Source of the DNA: Candidatus Aenigmatarchaeota archaeon
GTDB lineage: Archaea; Aenigmatarchaeota; Aenigmatarchaeia; CG10238-14
Assembly (NCBI GenBank): GCA_044343545.1
Contig: JAWBZR010000001.1
Span: 23,992-87,991, forward strand
Reading direction: 5' to 3'
DNA length: 64,000 nucleotides
Shown here: one piece after another, positions 19,004 through 28,694 of the stretch
Layout of the letters: every line of letters starts with the position of its first letter
How positions within the stretch are numbered: position 1 is the first letter of the stretch
Program-made: the position numbers and the translations under genes
Notes under the pieces: model-generated
What the model was told of the DNA's origin: nothing
Database searches by the model: none
Seen by the model: the letters and a program-made list of their open reading frames with translations, nothing else

Positions 19004-19282
19004 TTGTTATTTATGGTCAATTTGAAAATTTTATTTTTCACTGATGAAGATGGCGTATCTAATTTGCAAATGGATATATTGAAAGAAATTAAAAGAAAAT
19101 ATAAATACATGGAATTATTAAAAATAAACAAGAATGAGGAAGAACTTGTAAAAAAATATGACGTTAAGGAGTTTCCGACAGTAATAATAGATAGCGGAAA
19201 TGGAATTAAAAGATTTTCCGGTTTGACTCAAAGCTTATTTTTGGAAAGGGCAATAAATGAATTAATAACTATGAATATTTAA
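19004..19282 (+). CDS. Thioredoxin-fold protein without cysteines
   Basis: KYDVKEFPTVII...RFSGL; no Cys in the protein. Confidence 0.65.
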   Translation: MLFMVNLKILFFTDEDGVSNLQMDILKEIKRKYKYMELLKINKNEEELVKKYDVKEFPTVIIDSGNGIKRFSGLTQSLFLERAINELITMNI

Positions 19283-19293
19283 TTATTTAGGGT

Positions 19294-20805
19294 ATGAAGA
19301 GGCTTGCTTTTATAAATTATGAAAATTTTCAGCCGAGATTGTATCAAGAAATGATAGCCTTAACAGCGATACAAAGAAATACATTATGCATATTACCTAC
19401 AGGTCTAGGAAAGACTTATATAGCTATACTCGTAGCTGCATGGGTTTTAGAAAATAAACCAAACAGTAAAGTTTTACTACTAGCACCAACAAGACCTCTC
19501 GTTAATCAACACTTTAATACGTTCATCAATCATATGAAATTAGAAAAATCTCTATTTGCTGCCCTAACCGGAAAAATAAAACCAGATGAAAGAAAAATTC
19601 TATATGAAAAATGCAGGGTATTTTTTGCGACACCACAAATAATAAAAAATGATATAGAAAATGGTATTTTAGATTTAAGCAAGTTTTATTTGTTGATAGT
19701 TGACGAATGTCATAGATCTGTTAAAAAGTATGCTTATACTGATGTTGCTGAAAAGTATTTTTCCCAATCATTCGATCCATTAGTTTTGGGTTTAACCGCA
19801 TCTCCTGGAGGAATGCAGGACAAAATTGAAGAAATTAAGAAAAATTTAAGAATAGAAGCTATAGAAGTTAGAACAGAGAAAGATTTCGACGTGAAACCTT
19901 ATGTTAAAAGTGTTGAGATAGAAAAGATTTACATAGAAATGCCAGAAGAGTTCAAACAAATAAGAGCAATGTTAGAAGATTTTTACAAAGAATATTTAAA
20001 TGAATTGGTAAAAAATAATCTACTTCAGTCATTGAATTCAACTAAAAGAGAATTGTTAGATTTACAAAAAAAATTGGGTGAAGCATATAACAATACAAAA
20101 GATAAAAGGTTTGCATACTATCTTGTTTTGACAACTCAAGCAATAAAGATAGAGCATGCATTAAATTTGTTGGAAACCCAAGGCATTTTTCCTTTACATA
20201 AATATCTTATTGAATTGAAGAAAGACAAGTCTCAATCATCCAGAAAAATTGTGAATGATAGAAGATTTTTGGATGTTTTAAGAAAGGTAAATGAGTTTTA
20301 TATAAAGGGTTACGAGCATCCGAAGCTCAACAAACTTGTAGAGATTGTAAAAAATGAAATTGAAAAAAAGAAAAACGTTAAAATCATAGTTTTTGCTAAC
20401 TATAGAGATACTGTTAATTTAATAAAAGTCCATTTGGAAAAAAATGGAATTGAAGCAAGAGAATTTATAGGTCAAGCAAAAAAAAGTGGTAAAGGATTGT
20501 CTCAAAAAGAGCAAGTGAAGATACTAAACGAATTTAGTTATGAGCTTTTTAATGTGTTAATAGCAACAAGCATAGGGGAAGAAGGTATCTCTATTCCAGA
20601 TGTAGATGTAGTTATATTCTACGAAGCTATACCAAGCGAAATAAGAAGTATACAAAGAAGAGGTAGAACAGGGAGGACTTCCACCGGTAAAGTTATATTT
20701 TTGATTACAAAAGGTACAAGAGACGAAGCGTATTTTTGGAGCGCTGTTCACAAAGAAAAAAGGATGAAAAACATTATAAGCGATATAAAATCTAAATTAA
20801 AATAG
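19294..20805 (+). CDS. Hef/Mph1/FANCM-type SF2 helicase (stand-alone)
   Basis: LPTGLGKT, DECH, GLTASPG, TSIGEEG, IQRRGRTGR. Confidence 0.92.
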   Translation: MKRLAFINYENFQPRLYQEMIALTAIQRNTLCILPTGLGKTYIAILVAAWVLENKPNSKVLLLAPTRPLVNQHFNTFINHMKLEKSLFAALTGKIKPDERKILYEKCRVFFATPQIIKNDIENGILDLSKFYLLIVDECHRSVKKYAYTDVAEKYFSQSFDPLVLGLTASPGGMQDKIEEIKKNLRIEAIEVRTEKDFDVKPYVKSVEIEKIYIEMPEEFKQIRAMLEDFYKEYLNELVKNNLLQSLNSTKRELLDLQKKLGEAYNNTKDKRFAYYLVLTTQAIKIEHALNLLETQGIFPLHKYLIELKKDKSQSSRKIVNDRRFLDVLRKVNEFYIKGYEHPKLNKLVEIVKNEIEKKKNVKIIVFANYRDTVNLIKVHLEKNGIEAREFIGQAKKSGKGLSQKEQVKILNEFSYELFNVLIATSIGEEGISIPDVDVVIFYEAIPSEIRSIQRRGRTGRTSTGKVIFLITKGTRDEAYFWSAVHKEKRMKNIISDIKSKLK

Positions 20806-20812
20806 TGAGTTT

Positions 20813-21472
20813 ATGCAAAGTACATTAAAAACAAACAAAATATTTATCTTAGCGGATGATAGAGAAAGAAATAGTAAAGTTTCGGAGTATCTTAAAGAAT
20901 TTGGAGCCATAGTAAATTTTAAAAGAATTGAGGTGGGGGATTTTTTAATTTCAGAAGATGTTTGCATAGAAAGAAAGGAAGTTAACGATTTCATATCTTC
21001 AATAATTGATGGAAGATTGTTCAGACAAGTAGAGGAAATGAAAAAATGCTATAAAAAAGTTTTGTTAATAATAGAAGGAATAAAAAATAATGAAAGAATA
21101 ACAGAAAATGCATATAAAGGAGCTATAGCAAGTTTAATAATAAATTATGATGTTAGTGTAATCATTGTCGAAAATGAAAAAGAAGTTGCCAGAATGATAT
21201 ATTTCTTAGCAAAAAAAGAACAGGATGAATTTAAAAAAAGTGTTTGCATAAAAAAGAAAAAAAATATAGAAAACATTTCAGAATTGCAACAATTTTTCTT
21301 ATCATCATTGCCCGGAGTTTCTCGAATTATCTCGAAGAGAATGTTGCAGAAGTTCGGTAGAATAAGAGATATAGTTAATGCAAGTGAAAATGAATTAAAG
21401 TCGGTGAAAGGTTTGAAGAAAAAAGACGCTAAAACGATATACCAAATATTTAATGAAAAATTTTGCGAATAA
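20813..21472 (+). CDS. ERCC4/XPF-family nuclease with HhH motifs
   Basis: DDRE, GDF, IERKEVNDF, DGRLFRQ, LPGVS/VKGL HhH motifs. Confidence 0.92.
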   Translation: MQSTLKTNKIFILADDRERNSKVSEYLKEFGAIVNFKRIEVGDFLISEDVCIERKEVNDFISSIIDGRLFRQVEEMKKCYKKVLLIIEGIKNNERITENAYKGAIASLIINYDVSVIIVENEKEVARMIYFLAKKEQDEFKKSVCIKKKKNIENISELQQFFLSSLPGVSRIISKRMLQKFGRIRDIVNASENELKSVKGLKKKDAKTIYQIFNEKFCE

Positions 21473-21527
21473 AATTTCAAGTAAACAATTTATAAAGTTA
21501 AAATTATATTTATTTTTTGTGATATAA

Positions 21528-22499
21528 ATGCAAATTTTTGATCTCATCATTATTGGTGCAGGTCCTGCAGGCATGACTGCAGGTATATTTGCCTCAAGAA
21601 GATCACTAAAAACCGTGATTATAGGCGAGGTTATCGGTGGTCAGGTAGCTTCAACAAGATGGATAGAAAATTATCCTGGATTTAAGCAAATAGAATCTTA
21701 TGAACTAATTAAAAGATTCGAAGATCATGTAAAAAGTCTTAATGTTGACATAATTCAAGAGGTTGTTACGGAAATAAAAGAAATTGATGATGGATTTATC
21801 GTAAAAACAAACTCTCAAGAATATAAGGGCAAAGCTATAATACTTGCTTTTGGTAAAACACCTAGAACTTTGGGTGTGCCTGGGGAAAAAGAATATACAG
21901 GCAAAGGTGTATCTTATTGTGCCAATTGTGATGCTCCTTTATTCAAGGGGAAAACCGTTGCTGTCGTCGGGGGAGGTAATTCTGCATTTGAAGCTGCTCA
22001 CTTACTTTCGCAAATAGCATCAAAGGTTTATTTGATACATAGATCTGAAAATTTTAGAGCATTTGAGACTATTGTTGATGAAGTCAAAAAAAGAGGCGTA
22101 GAATTCTTGTTAAACACAGAAATAAGGGAAATAAAAGGTGATAGATTTGTAAGATCAATAATTGTTGAAAATAACAAAACTGGTAAAAGAGATGAAATGA
22201 AAATAGATGGTGTGTTTATAGAAATAGGATCGGAAGTAAAAACGGATCTTGTTAAGAATTTAGTGAAAATTGATCAAAGCAATCACGTCGTTGTAAATCA
22301 AAGATGTGAAACATTTTACCCGAATTCTGACAAAATTAGACCAGGTATATTTGCTGCTGGTGATTTGACGAACGTTCCATTCAAACAAATAATAGTGGCT
22401 GCAGGTGAAGGTTGCAAGGCTGCTCTGCAAGCTTATAATTACATTCATAATATAGAAACGGGTGATGTTGTTGGTGAATGGTCTGCAGGAAAAAAATGA
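21528..22499 (+). CDS. trxB: Thioredoxin reductase
   Basis: GAGPAG, GVSYCANCD, GGGNSA, FAAGD. Confidence 0.92.
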   Translation: MQIFDLIIIGAGPAGMTAGIFASRRSLKTVIIGEVIGGQVASTRWIENYPGFKQIESYELIKRFEDHVKSLNVDIIQEVVTEIKEIDDGFIVKTNSQEYKGKAIILAFGKTPRTLGVPGEKEYTGKGVSYCANCDAPLFKGKTVAVVGGGNSAFEAAHLLSQIASKVYLIHRSENFRAFETIVDEVKKRGVEFLLNTEIREIKGDRFVRSIIVENNKTGKRDEMKIDGVFIEIGSEVKTDLVKNLVKIDQSNHVVVNQRCETFYPNSDKIRPGIFAAGDLTNVPFKQIIVAAGEGCKAALQAYNYIHNIETGDVVGEWSAGKK

Positions 22500-22510
22500 G
22501 GTGATGAAAA

Positions 22511-23599
22511 GTGTTTGACCAATTTGGCCCAGAAAAAATAATGCAAACTTATGATCCAAAAAGTGGTATGAGAGGTATATTAGTTATCGACAATACTGCT
22601 CTAGGTCCTGGCAAAGGTGGAATAAGAATGACTCCTACTGTTTCTGTTGAAGAAGTTTTTAGATTAGCAAGAACTATGACTTGGAAAAATGCCCTGGCAG
22701 AATTACCTTTTGGAGGAGCTAAAGGTGGAATAATAGCTGATCCTAAAAATATGAGCGAAGATAAGAAGAAAGAAATAATACAAGCTTATGCTCGTTCACT
22801 AAAAGAAGTTTGTCCTAGCATTTATGTTGCTGGACCTGACGTAAATACAAATGAACAATCGATGAAATGGTTTGCAGAAGCTATTGGAGACAAAAGAGCT
22901 TGTACTGGTAAACCAAAAGAAATGGGTGGCTTGCCGCACGAGCTTGGCTCTACTGGTTTTGGAGTTGCACACGCAACAAAAGTCGCTTTGAAAAAAGTTG
23001 ATATTAGTTTGAGTGAAGCAAGCATTGCAATAGAAGGTTATGGAAATGTTGGAACTTTTGCTCACAAGTTTTTAAGTGAATGGGGAGCTAAAATAGTTGC
23101 CGTTAGTGATAGCAAAGGTGTTATATATGATGAAAAAGGATTGAACTATGAAGAGTTAATGAAAGTAAAACAAGAAACTGGCTCTGTTATTAATTATAAA
23201 AATGGAAAGGTGTTGCCAAATAAAGAAATATTTGAATTGAAAGTAGATGTTTTAATTCCTGCTGCATTACCAGACGTAATAAATGAAAGTAATTACAAAA
23301 ATGTTAAAGCCAAAGTTATAGTTGAAGCTGGAAATATAGTAATGAGCGAAGAGATTGAAGGTAAATTGCATGACAAAGGTGTATTGGTAGTACCTGATTT
23401 TGCAGCTAATGCAGGTGGTGTTATTTCTTCTTGGGTAGAATATATAGGTAAAGACGAAAAATATATGTTTAAAGTTGTCGAAGAAAAGATTACTAAAAAT
23501 GTTGGATTAGTTTTGGAAAAATCAGAAAAAGAAGGAATAAAACCAAGAGATGCTGCTTTGGAAATAGCCAAAGAAAGAGTTTTAAAGGCGATGAAATAA
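22511..23599 (+). CDS. gdhA: Glutamate dehydrogenase (Glu/Leu/Phe/Val family)
   Basis: GPGKGGIR, MTWKNA, GGAKGG, GYGNVG, PDFAANAGGV. Confidence 0.88.
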   Translation: MFDQFGPEKIMQTYDPKSGMRGILVIDNTALGPGKGGIRMTPTVSVEEVFRLARTMTWKNALAELPFGGAKGGIIADPKNMSEDKKKEIIQAYARSLKEVCPSIYVAGPDVNTNEQSMKWFAEAIGDKRACTGKPKEMGGLPHELGSTGFGVAHATKVALKKVDISLSEASIAIEGYGNVGTFAHKFLSEWGAKIVAVSDSKGVIYDEKGLNYEELMKVKQETGSVINYKNGKVLPNKEIFELKVDVLIPAALPDVINESNYKNVKAKVIVEAGNIVMSEEIEGKLHDKGVLVVPDFAANAGGVISSWVEYIGKDEKYMFKVVEEKITKNVGLVLEKSEKEGIKPRDAALEIAKERVLKAMK

Positions 23600-23638
23600 A
23601 AAACACAGTTTTAAAATTTTCTCTTTTAATATTATTTC

Positions 23639-24151
23639 ATGAAAAACAGAATTGTTGGTTTGATAATAATAAGTATAGCTCTACTTATAGGATTTATAAT
23701 TTATGCTTTTAATAGAGCTCTAACAGAAATTGTTAATACTAGCTGCTCACATGGGCCAGAATGTCCAATGTGGGGAAGCATTAATTTTCATACAAACATA
23801 AGTATAGGTATAATGATTTTTGTCTTGCTTATAGGTTTATATCTATTCTTTTTTGGGCAAGATGAAAAAATTGTAAAAGAAGTAAGAGTTATAAGAAAAC
23901 CTGATAAAAAAGAATCTAAAAATATTCCTGAAACATCTTTCGTTCAACAAAAAAATCTTACATATGAAGAAAAATTTGTAATAGAGAAAATAATTGAAGC
24001 AGAAGGAAGTATTTTACAATCTGAGCTTGTAGAAAAAACAAACTATTCAAAAGTAAAGATAACAAGAATTTTAGATAAATTAGAAGCAAAGGGTTTGATA
24101 GAAAGAAAGAGAAGGGGTATGACTAATCTAGTAGTTTTGAAAAAACAGTGA
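23639..24151 (+). CDS. Membrane-anchored winged-helix transcriptional regulator (COG2512-like)
   Basis: Two TM segments flanking CSHGPECPM; C-terminal QSELVEKTNYSKVKITRILDKLEAKGLIERKRRGMTN. Confidence 0.85.
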   Translation: MKNRIVGLIIISIALLIGFIIYAFNRALTEIVNTSCSHGPECPMWGSINFHTNISIGIMIFVLLIGLYLFFFGQDEKIVKEVRVIRKPDKKESKNIPETSFVQQKNLTYEEKFVIEKIIEAEGSILQSELVEKTNYSKVKITRILDKLEAKGLIERKRRGMTNLVVLKKQ

Positions 24152-24178
24152 AACTAGTTTCATACAATGGTTTATAAG
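24149..24178 (+). promoter_or_regulatory. Perfect 14-bp palindrome (candidate operator) next to a TATA-like box
   Basis: TGAAACTAGTTTCA at 24149-24162; TTTATAAG at 24171-24178; ATG at 24201. Confidence 0.55.
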
Positions 24179-24200
24179 GTGTTTCTCTGTATAGTTTTTC

Positions 24201-25106
24201 ATGACAAACAAAAAAGATGTAAAAAAAGATATTGAAATAAAAGGAATGCATTGCAGCAGTTGTGTAAAAAATATTGAAAATACACTAATGAACTTAAAGG
24301 GCGTTAAGAAAGTAAAGGTAAGTTTAGAAGATGAAAAAGCTTCAGTAATTTTTGATTCAAGTAAAATTAGTGAAGATGATATAAAAAAAGCTATAAATAA
24401 ATTGGGTTATAAGACAGATTTGGCATCAAACTCTAATATAAAACAAGGTATTTTATATGGTTTAATACCACATATAGGTTGTATTGCATTTGTTTTGGCA
24501 TCTATTCTAGGTGCTACATTTTTCACACAATTTTTCAAACCACTTTTAATGAGTAGATATTTCTTCTATATTTTAATATTAATATCAGTAATATTTGCAA
24601 CAATATCTTCATATTTTTATTTGAAAAAAAATAATTTGATTTCACAAAAAGGAATAAAGAGGAGTTGGAAGTATTTAGCTACTATGTATGGAACAACAAT
24701 CTCAATTAATCTTTTGTTTTTCCTGTTTATATTCCCTATATTGACAAATGTTTCAGCACAGAATAATAAGAATAATAATATTGCATATACAACTGGAAGC
24801 AACATAAAAATATCTGTAGATATACCTTGCTCAGGGCATGCTCCATTAATAGTTGACGAACTGAAGAAATTAAACGGAGTAAATAATGTAAAATTCGATT
24901 TTCCAAATATTTTTGTTATATATTATGATAATACAAAAACAACAAAACAAGATATATTGTCTCTAGACGTTTTCAAAGAATATCCTGCTACTGTAATTAG
25001 CGAAAATGATGTTTCAGCTTCAACCGTTTATTCTTCTAATGCATTATCTGTTGGTTCTGGTTCATGTGATTTAAATGGGGGTTGTGGATGTGGTTTAAAA
25101 AGGTGA
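24201..25106 (+). CDS. Heavy-metal-associated (HMA) membrane protein
   Basis: GMHCSSC HMA domain, 3-4 TM with PHIGC, second ferredoxin-like domain IPCSGH, Cys-rich tail SCDLNGGCGCG. Confidence 0.85.
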   Translation: MTNKKDVKKDIEIKGMHCSSCVKNIENTLMNLKGVKKVKVSLEDEKASVIFDSSKISEDDIKKAINKLGYKTDLASNSNIKQGILYGLIPHIGCIAFVLASILGATFFTQFFKPLLMSRYFFYILILISVIFATISSYFYLKKNNLISQKGIKRSWKYLATMYGTTISINLLFFLFIFPILTNVSAQNNKNNNIAYTTGSNIKISVDIPCSGHAPLIVDELKKLNGVNNVKFDFPNIFVIYYDNTKTTKQDILSLDVFKEYPATVISENDVSASTVYSSNALSVGSGSCDLNGGCGCGLKR

Positions 25107-25111
25107 AATAA

Positions 25112-25422
25112 ATGAAGGAAAAAACAGATAAAAACAAAATTATTAACTTGATTCTTCGAATAACACTAATCATAACTTTGTTTAATACATTTATGGTTTT
25201 TAATTTAAGCAAAAACAGAATAGATTTCAATGATATAAAAGAAATTTTGTCAAAAACCTATGGTTAAATAATAAAAATAATGAAGTGAAGTTAATGATTC
25301 TTCGAAAGATTCAAAATATGATTTTAGATGGAAATAGAATATTAGAAAATTTAGCAGAAAAGAGCTTTTTATTCATAAAAAGAAACGTTACTTCTATTTG
25401 TGGCATAGAAGGTGGTTGTTGA
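25112..25422 (+). pseudogene. Fragmented gene remnant (or two microproteins) upstream of copA
   Basis: 51-aa ORF 25112-25267 with a TM-like stretch and an AGGTGA SD; 42-aa ORF 25294-25422 ending SICGIEGGC*, whose TGA overlaps the copA ATG. Confidence 0.4.
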
Positions 25423-27569
25423 TGAAGAAAAAAACAATATTAATAGCTGGGATGCATTGTGCTTCATGTGCTCAGAATATAGAAAATAATATAAAGAAAT
25501 TAAAAGGTGTTAAAAAGGTTAATGTTAGTTTTGCTAATGAAAAAGCTTATGTTGAATATGATGAGAATTTGAGAGATGAAGAAATATTCAATGCTATTAC
25601 GGATTTAGGATATAAAGTTGTTTCAACAAATGATGATTACAAAACCAGAGAGATAAAAAGTTTGAAAAGATTATTCCTATTTTCATTTCTTTTGTCATTT
25701 CCAATATTTTTGTTTTCAATGCCATTTGAATGGTTAGGAATAGATATTCCAAACAAAGGCTTTATTTTGTTTTTGTTAGCAACTCCTGTTCAATTTATTG
25801 TTGGATATAGATTCTATAAAAGTGCTTTTCTTGCTTTAAAGGCTAAAACTGCTAATATGGATACATTAATAGCGTTGGGTACTTCTGCTGCATATTTTTA
25901 TAGTGTTTTTGTTTTGTTCTTTGGAAAAGGAGATCATCTATATTTTGAAACATCTTCTTTACTTGTAACATTTGTAATTCTCGGGAAAATGCTTGAATCT
26001 ATGGCTAAAGGAAAGGCATCTGATGCAATAAAAAAATTGATGTTGCTTCAACCAAAAAAAGCAATTGTTTTAAGGGATGGAAAAGAAATTGAAATAGATG
26101 TTGATCAAGTCAATTTAAATGATATTATTATTGTTAGACCTGGACAAAAAATACCTGTTGATGGTATTGTTTTAGATGGAAATTCAGCTGTCGATGAATC
26201 TATTCTTACAGGCGAGTCAATGCCAGTTGATAAGAAAAGAGGTGATAAAGTTATAGGTGGCACTATGAACAAATATGGAACACTAAAAATAAAAGCAGAA
26301 AAATTTGGAAAAGAAACCTTTCTAAGTCAAATAATAAAATTAGTAGAAGACGTGCAAAACAGCAAAGCACCTATACAAAAAATAGCCGATAAAATTAGCT
26401 CTATTTTTGTTCCTATTGTTTTATCTATAGCAATTATTGCATTTTCTTTATGGTTTTTTGTGTTTAAAATGGGATTTGATTTTTCAATAATGATATTCGT
26501 CTCTGTTTTGATCATTGCTTGTCCTTGTGCATTAGGTTTGGCTACACCAACAGCAATAATTGTTGGATCTGGTAAAGCTGCTGAAAATGGAATAATTTTC
26601 AAAAACTCAGAGGCTCTTGAAAATCTAAATAGAATTGATGTTTTTGTTTTTGATAAAACTGGTACTTTGACTAAAGGAAAAATAGTTGTAACAGATATAG
26701 TTGGTAAAGATGTTTTAAAATATGCTGCTATTGTTGAAAGCAAATCAGAGCATCCTATAGCTCAAGCTATTGTTGAAAAAGCAAAAGAAATGAAAATAAA
26801 AATTGAAGAAGCAGAAAAAATTGAAGTAAAACCTGGCAAAGGTATAATTGGTTTATGGAAAAAAAAGAAGATAATTGTAGGTAATATCAAATTAATCGAA
26901 GAAAACAAGGTAAATATAGGAAAATTTTCTGAAAAGATAGAGCAATTAGAAAATCAAGGAAAAACTACTATGATTGTTGCAATTGATAGAAAAGTTGTTG
27001 GGTTAATAGCTGTTGCTGATAGTATTAAAGAAAATGCTAAAGAAGTAGTTGCTGAATTAAAAAGAATGAATAAAAAAGTTGTTATGATAACTGGAGATAA
27101 TAAAAAAGTTGCTGAAAATATAGCTAGAGAAATAGGTATAGAAGAATATATAGCTGAAGTTCTGCCGCAAGAAAAAGAAGAGCATGTAGCAAAACTTCAA
27201 AAAAAATATAAAGTTGCTTTTGTTGGTGATGGTATAAACGATGCACCTGCTCTTGCAAGGGCTGATGTAGGTATTGCTATTGGTGCTGGAACAGATATTG
27301 CTTTAGAAGCTGGTGAAGTTGTTTTAGTTAAAAATGATTTGAATGATGTTTTAAAAGCTATAAAGATAAGCAAGTATACTGTTAAAAAAATAAAACAAAA
27401 TTTATTTTGGGCTTTCTTTTATAATTCTTTGGGTATACCAATAGCTGCTGGAGCAATATATCCATTTACAGGTTTTCTACTCAATCCAATAATAGCTGGT
27501 ATTGCTATGGCTTTAAGCTCTGTTTCAGTTGTTAGTAATTCTTTACTTATGAAAAGATACAAAGTTTAA
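25422..27569 (+). CDS. copA: Cu(I)-exporting P1B-type ATPase
   Basis: [36 protein letters not shown]...MALSS. Confidence 0.95.
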   Translation: MKKKTILIAGMHCASCAQNIENNIKKLKGVKKVNVSFANEKAYVEYDENLRDEEIFNAITDLGYKVVSTNDDYKTREIKSLKRLFLFSFLLSFPIFLFSMPFEWLGIDIPNKGFILFLLATPVQFIVGYRFYKSAFLALKAKTANMDTLIALGTSAAYFYSVFVLFFGKGDHLYFETSSLLVTFVILGKMLESMAKGKASDAIKKLMLLQPKKAIVLRDGKEIEIDVDQVNLNDIIIVRPGQKIPVDGIVLDGNSAVDESILTGESMPVDKKRGDKVIGGTMNKYGTLKIKAEKFGKETFLSQIIKLVEDVQNSKAPIQKIADKISSIFVPIVLSIAIIAFSLWFFVFKMGFDFSIMIFVSVLIIACPCALGLATPTAIIVGSGKAAENGIIFKNSEALENLNRIDVFVFDKTGTLTKGKIVVTDIVGKDVLKYAAIVESKSEHPIAQAIVEKAKEMKIKIEEAEKIEVKPGKGIIGLWKKKKIIVGNIKLIEENKVNIGKFSEKIEQLENQGKTTMIVAIDRKVVGLIAVADSIKENAKEVVAELKRMNKKVVMITGDNKKVAENIAREIGIEEYIAEVLPQEKEEHVAKLQKKYKVAFVGDGINDAPALARADVGIAIGAGTDIALEAGEVVLVKNDLNDVLKAIKISKYTVKKIKQNLFWAFFYNSLGIPIAAGAIYPFTGFLLNPIIAGIAMALSSVSVVSNSLLMKRYKV

Positions 27570-27953
27570 TTTTTTAAAAATATTTTTAATTTGTTTTTCG
27601 TCACAATAATAAAAATGAGAAATGCATTTACAATCACTTGAACCAAATTTTTTTATTGGCTTGAATTTTTTTGATAATATTTTAGCCAAAAAACATTCAA
27701 TTTTTCTATTTTCAAAAACTAAAACATCGACTATTTTTGCATACTTGTTATTTAAAAAATAATCTATATGCCACTTTAACTTTTTATTTTTTCTTAAATG
27801 TCTACTAATTCTATTTTCTATATTAATTGGTTTTCCAAAAGCTGAGCCGATATAACAATAATAACCTTTTCTGAAATTTATCTCACCCAAACTACCTATT
27901 TTAATCTTTTGATCTTTCTTTAATTCAATTAAAAGTATGTAAGTTCCGAACAT
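27543..27953 (-). CDS. GIY-YIG/DUF123 (Uri superfamily) endonuclease
   Basis: [32 protein letters not shown]. Confidence 0.9.
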   Translation of the reverse strand: MFGTYILLIELKKDQKIKIGSLGEINFRKGYYCYIGSAFGKPINIENRISRHLRKNKKLKWHIDYFLNNKYAKIVDVLVFENRKIECFLAKILSKKFKPIKKFGSSDCKCISHFYYCDEKQIKNIFKKLNFVSFHK

Positions 27954-27992
27954 TTATTAAATCTTTTAAATACAAATAATATAATTTTTTAC

Positions 27993-28682
27993 GTGAAAGT
28001 TGCCATAGTTTCTCAAAATAATTTTAGTTTAATAAAAAAGATCGAATCAGCTGGCATAAAAATAGTTAAAGAAAATCCTGATATAGTTATATCAATAGGT
28101 GGAGATGGAACTATATTGCTTAGCGAAAGATTATATCCTTCTATACCAAAATTGGCAATAAAGACAAGCAGTACATGTAGAAAATGTCAATACACGCCAT
28201 CTCAGATTAAAAATGTTTTAGAGTTGATAAAAAAAGGTAAATATAAAATTGAGGAAGAAAACAAAATTGAGGTAAGATTCAAAAATTACAAACTATTAGC
28301 ATTAAATGAAATACAATTGCATAATAAAAAACCTACTGTGGCTATTAGATTTTCTGTTGAAGCCGATGGTTTTAGGCAAGAAAATGTAATCGGTGACGGT
28401 TTAATAGTGTCAACACCTTTTGGTTCAACCGGATATTACATGTCCATAACGGGGAAAAAATTCAAAAAAGGTTTAGGTTTGGCTTTTAACAATCCTCATA
28501 ACATAAAAATCAAAGGTATAGTTCTCGATGAAAATGCAAAAATAAAAGTGAAACTATTAAGAGAGGAAGCTTGGTTGATAAGAGATAACGATGATAATTT
28601 TTTGAATTTGGAAAAAGGCGATAAATTTAAAGTTGTAAAGTCAAAAGAAAAAGCTAGATTTATCAAAATTAAATTTTATTGA
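27993..28682 (+). CDS. NAD(+) kinase
   Basis: GGDGTIL, ALNE, GDGLIVSTPFGSTGY. Confidence 0.88.
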   Translation: MKVAIVSQNNFSLIKKIESAGIKIVKENPDIVISIGGDGTILLSERLYPSIPKLAIKTSSTCRKCQYTPSQIKNVLELIKKGKYKIEEENKIEVRFKNYKLLALNEIQLHNKKPTVAIRFSVEADGFRQENVIGDGLIVSTPFGSTGYYMSITGKKFKKGLGLAFNNPHNIKIKGIVLDENAKIKVKLLREEAWLIRDNDDNFLNLEKGDKFKVVKSKEKARFIKIKFY

Positions 28683-28694
28683 TAATTTATTTTA

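Noticed and set aside
27543..27953. GIY-YIG gene as a homing endonuclease or mobile element
   Set aside because: Matches the stand-alone archaeal DUF123 type; no intron, intein or terminal repeats.
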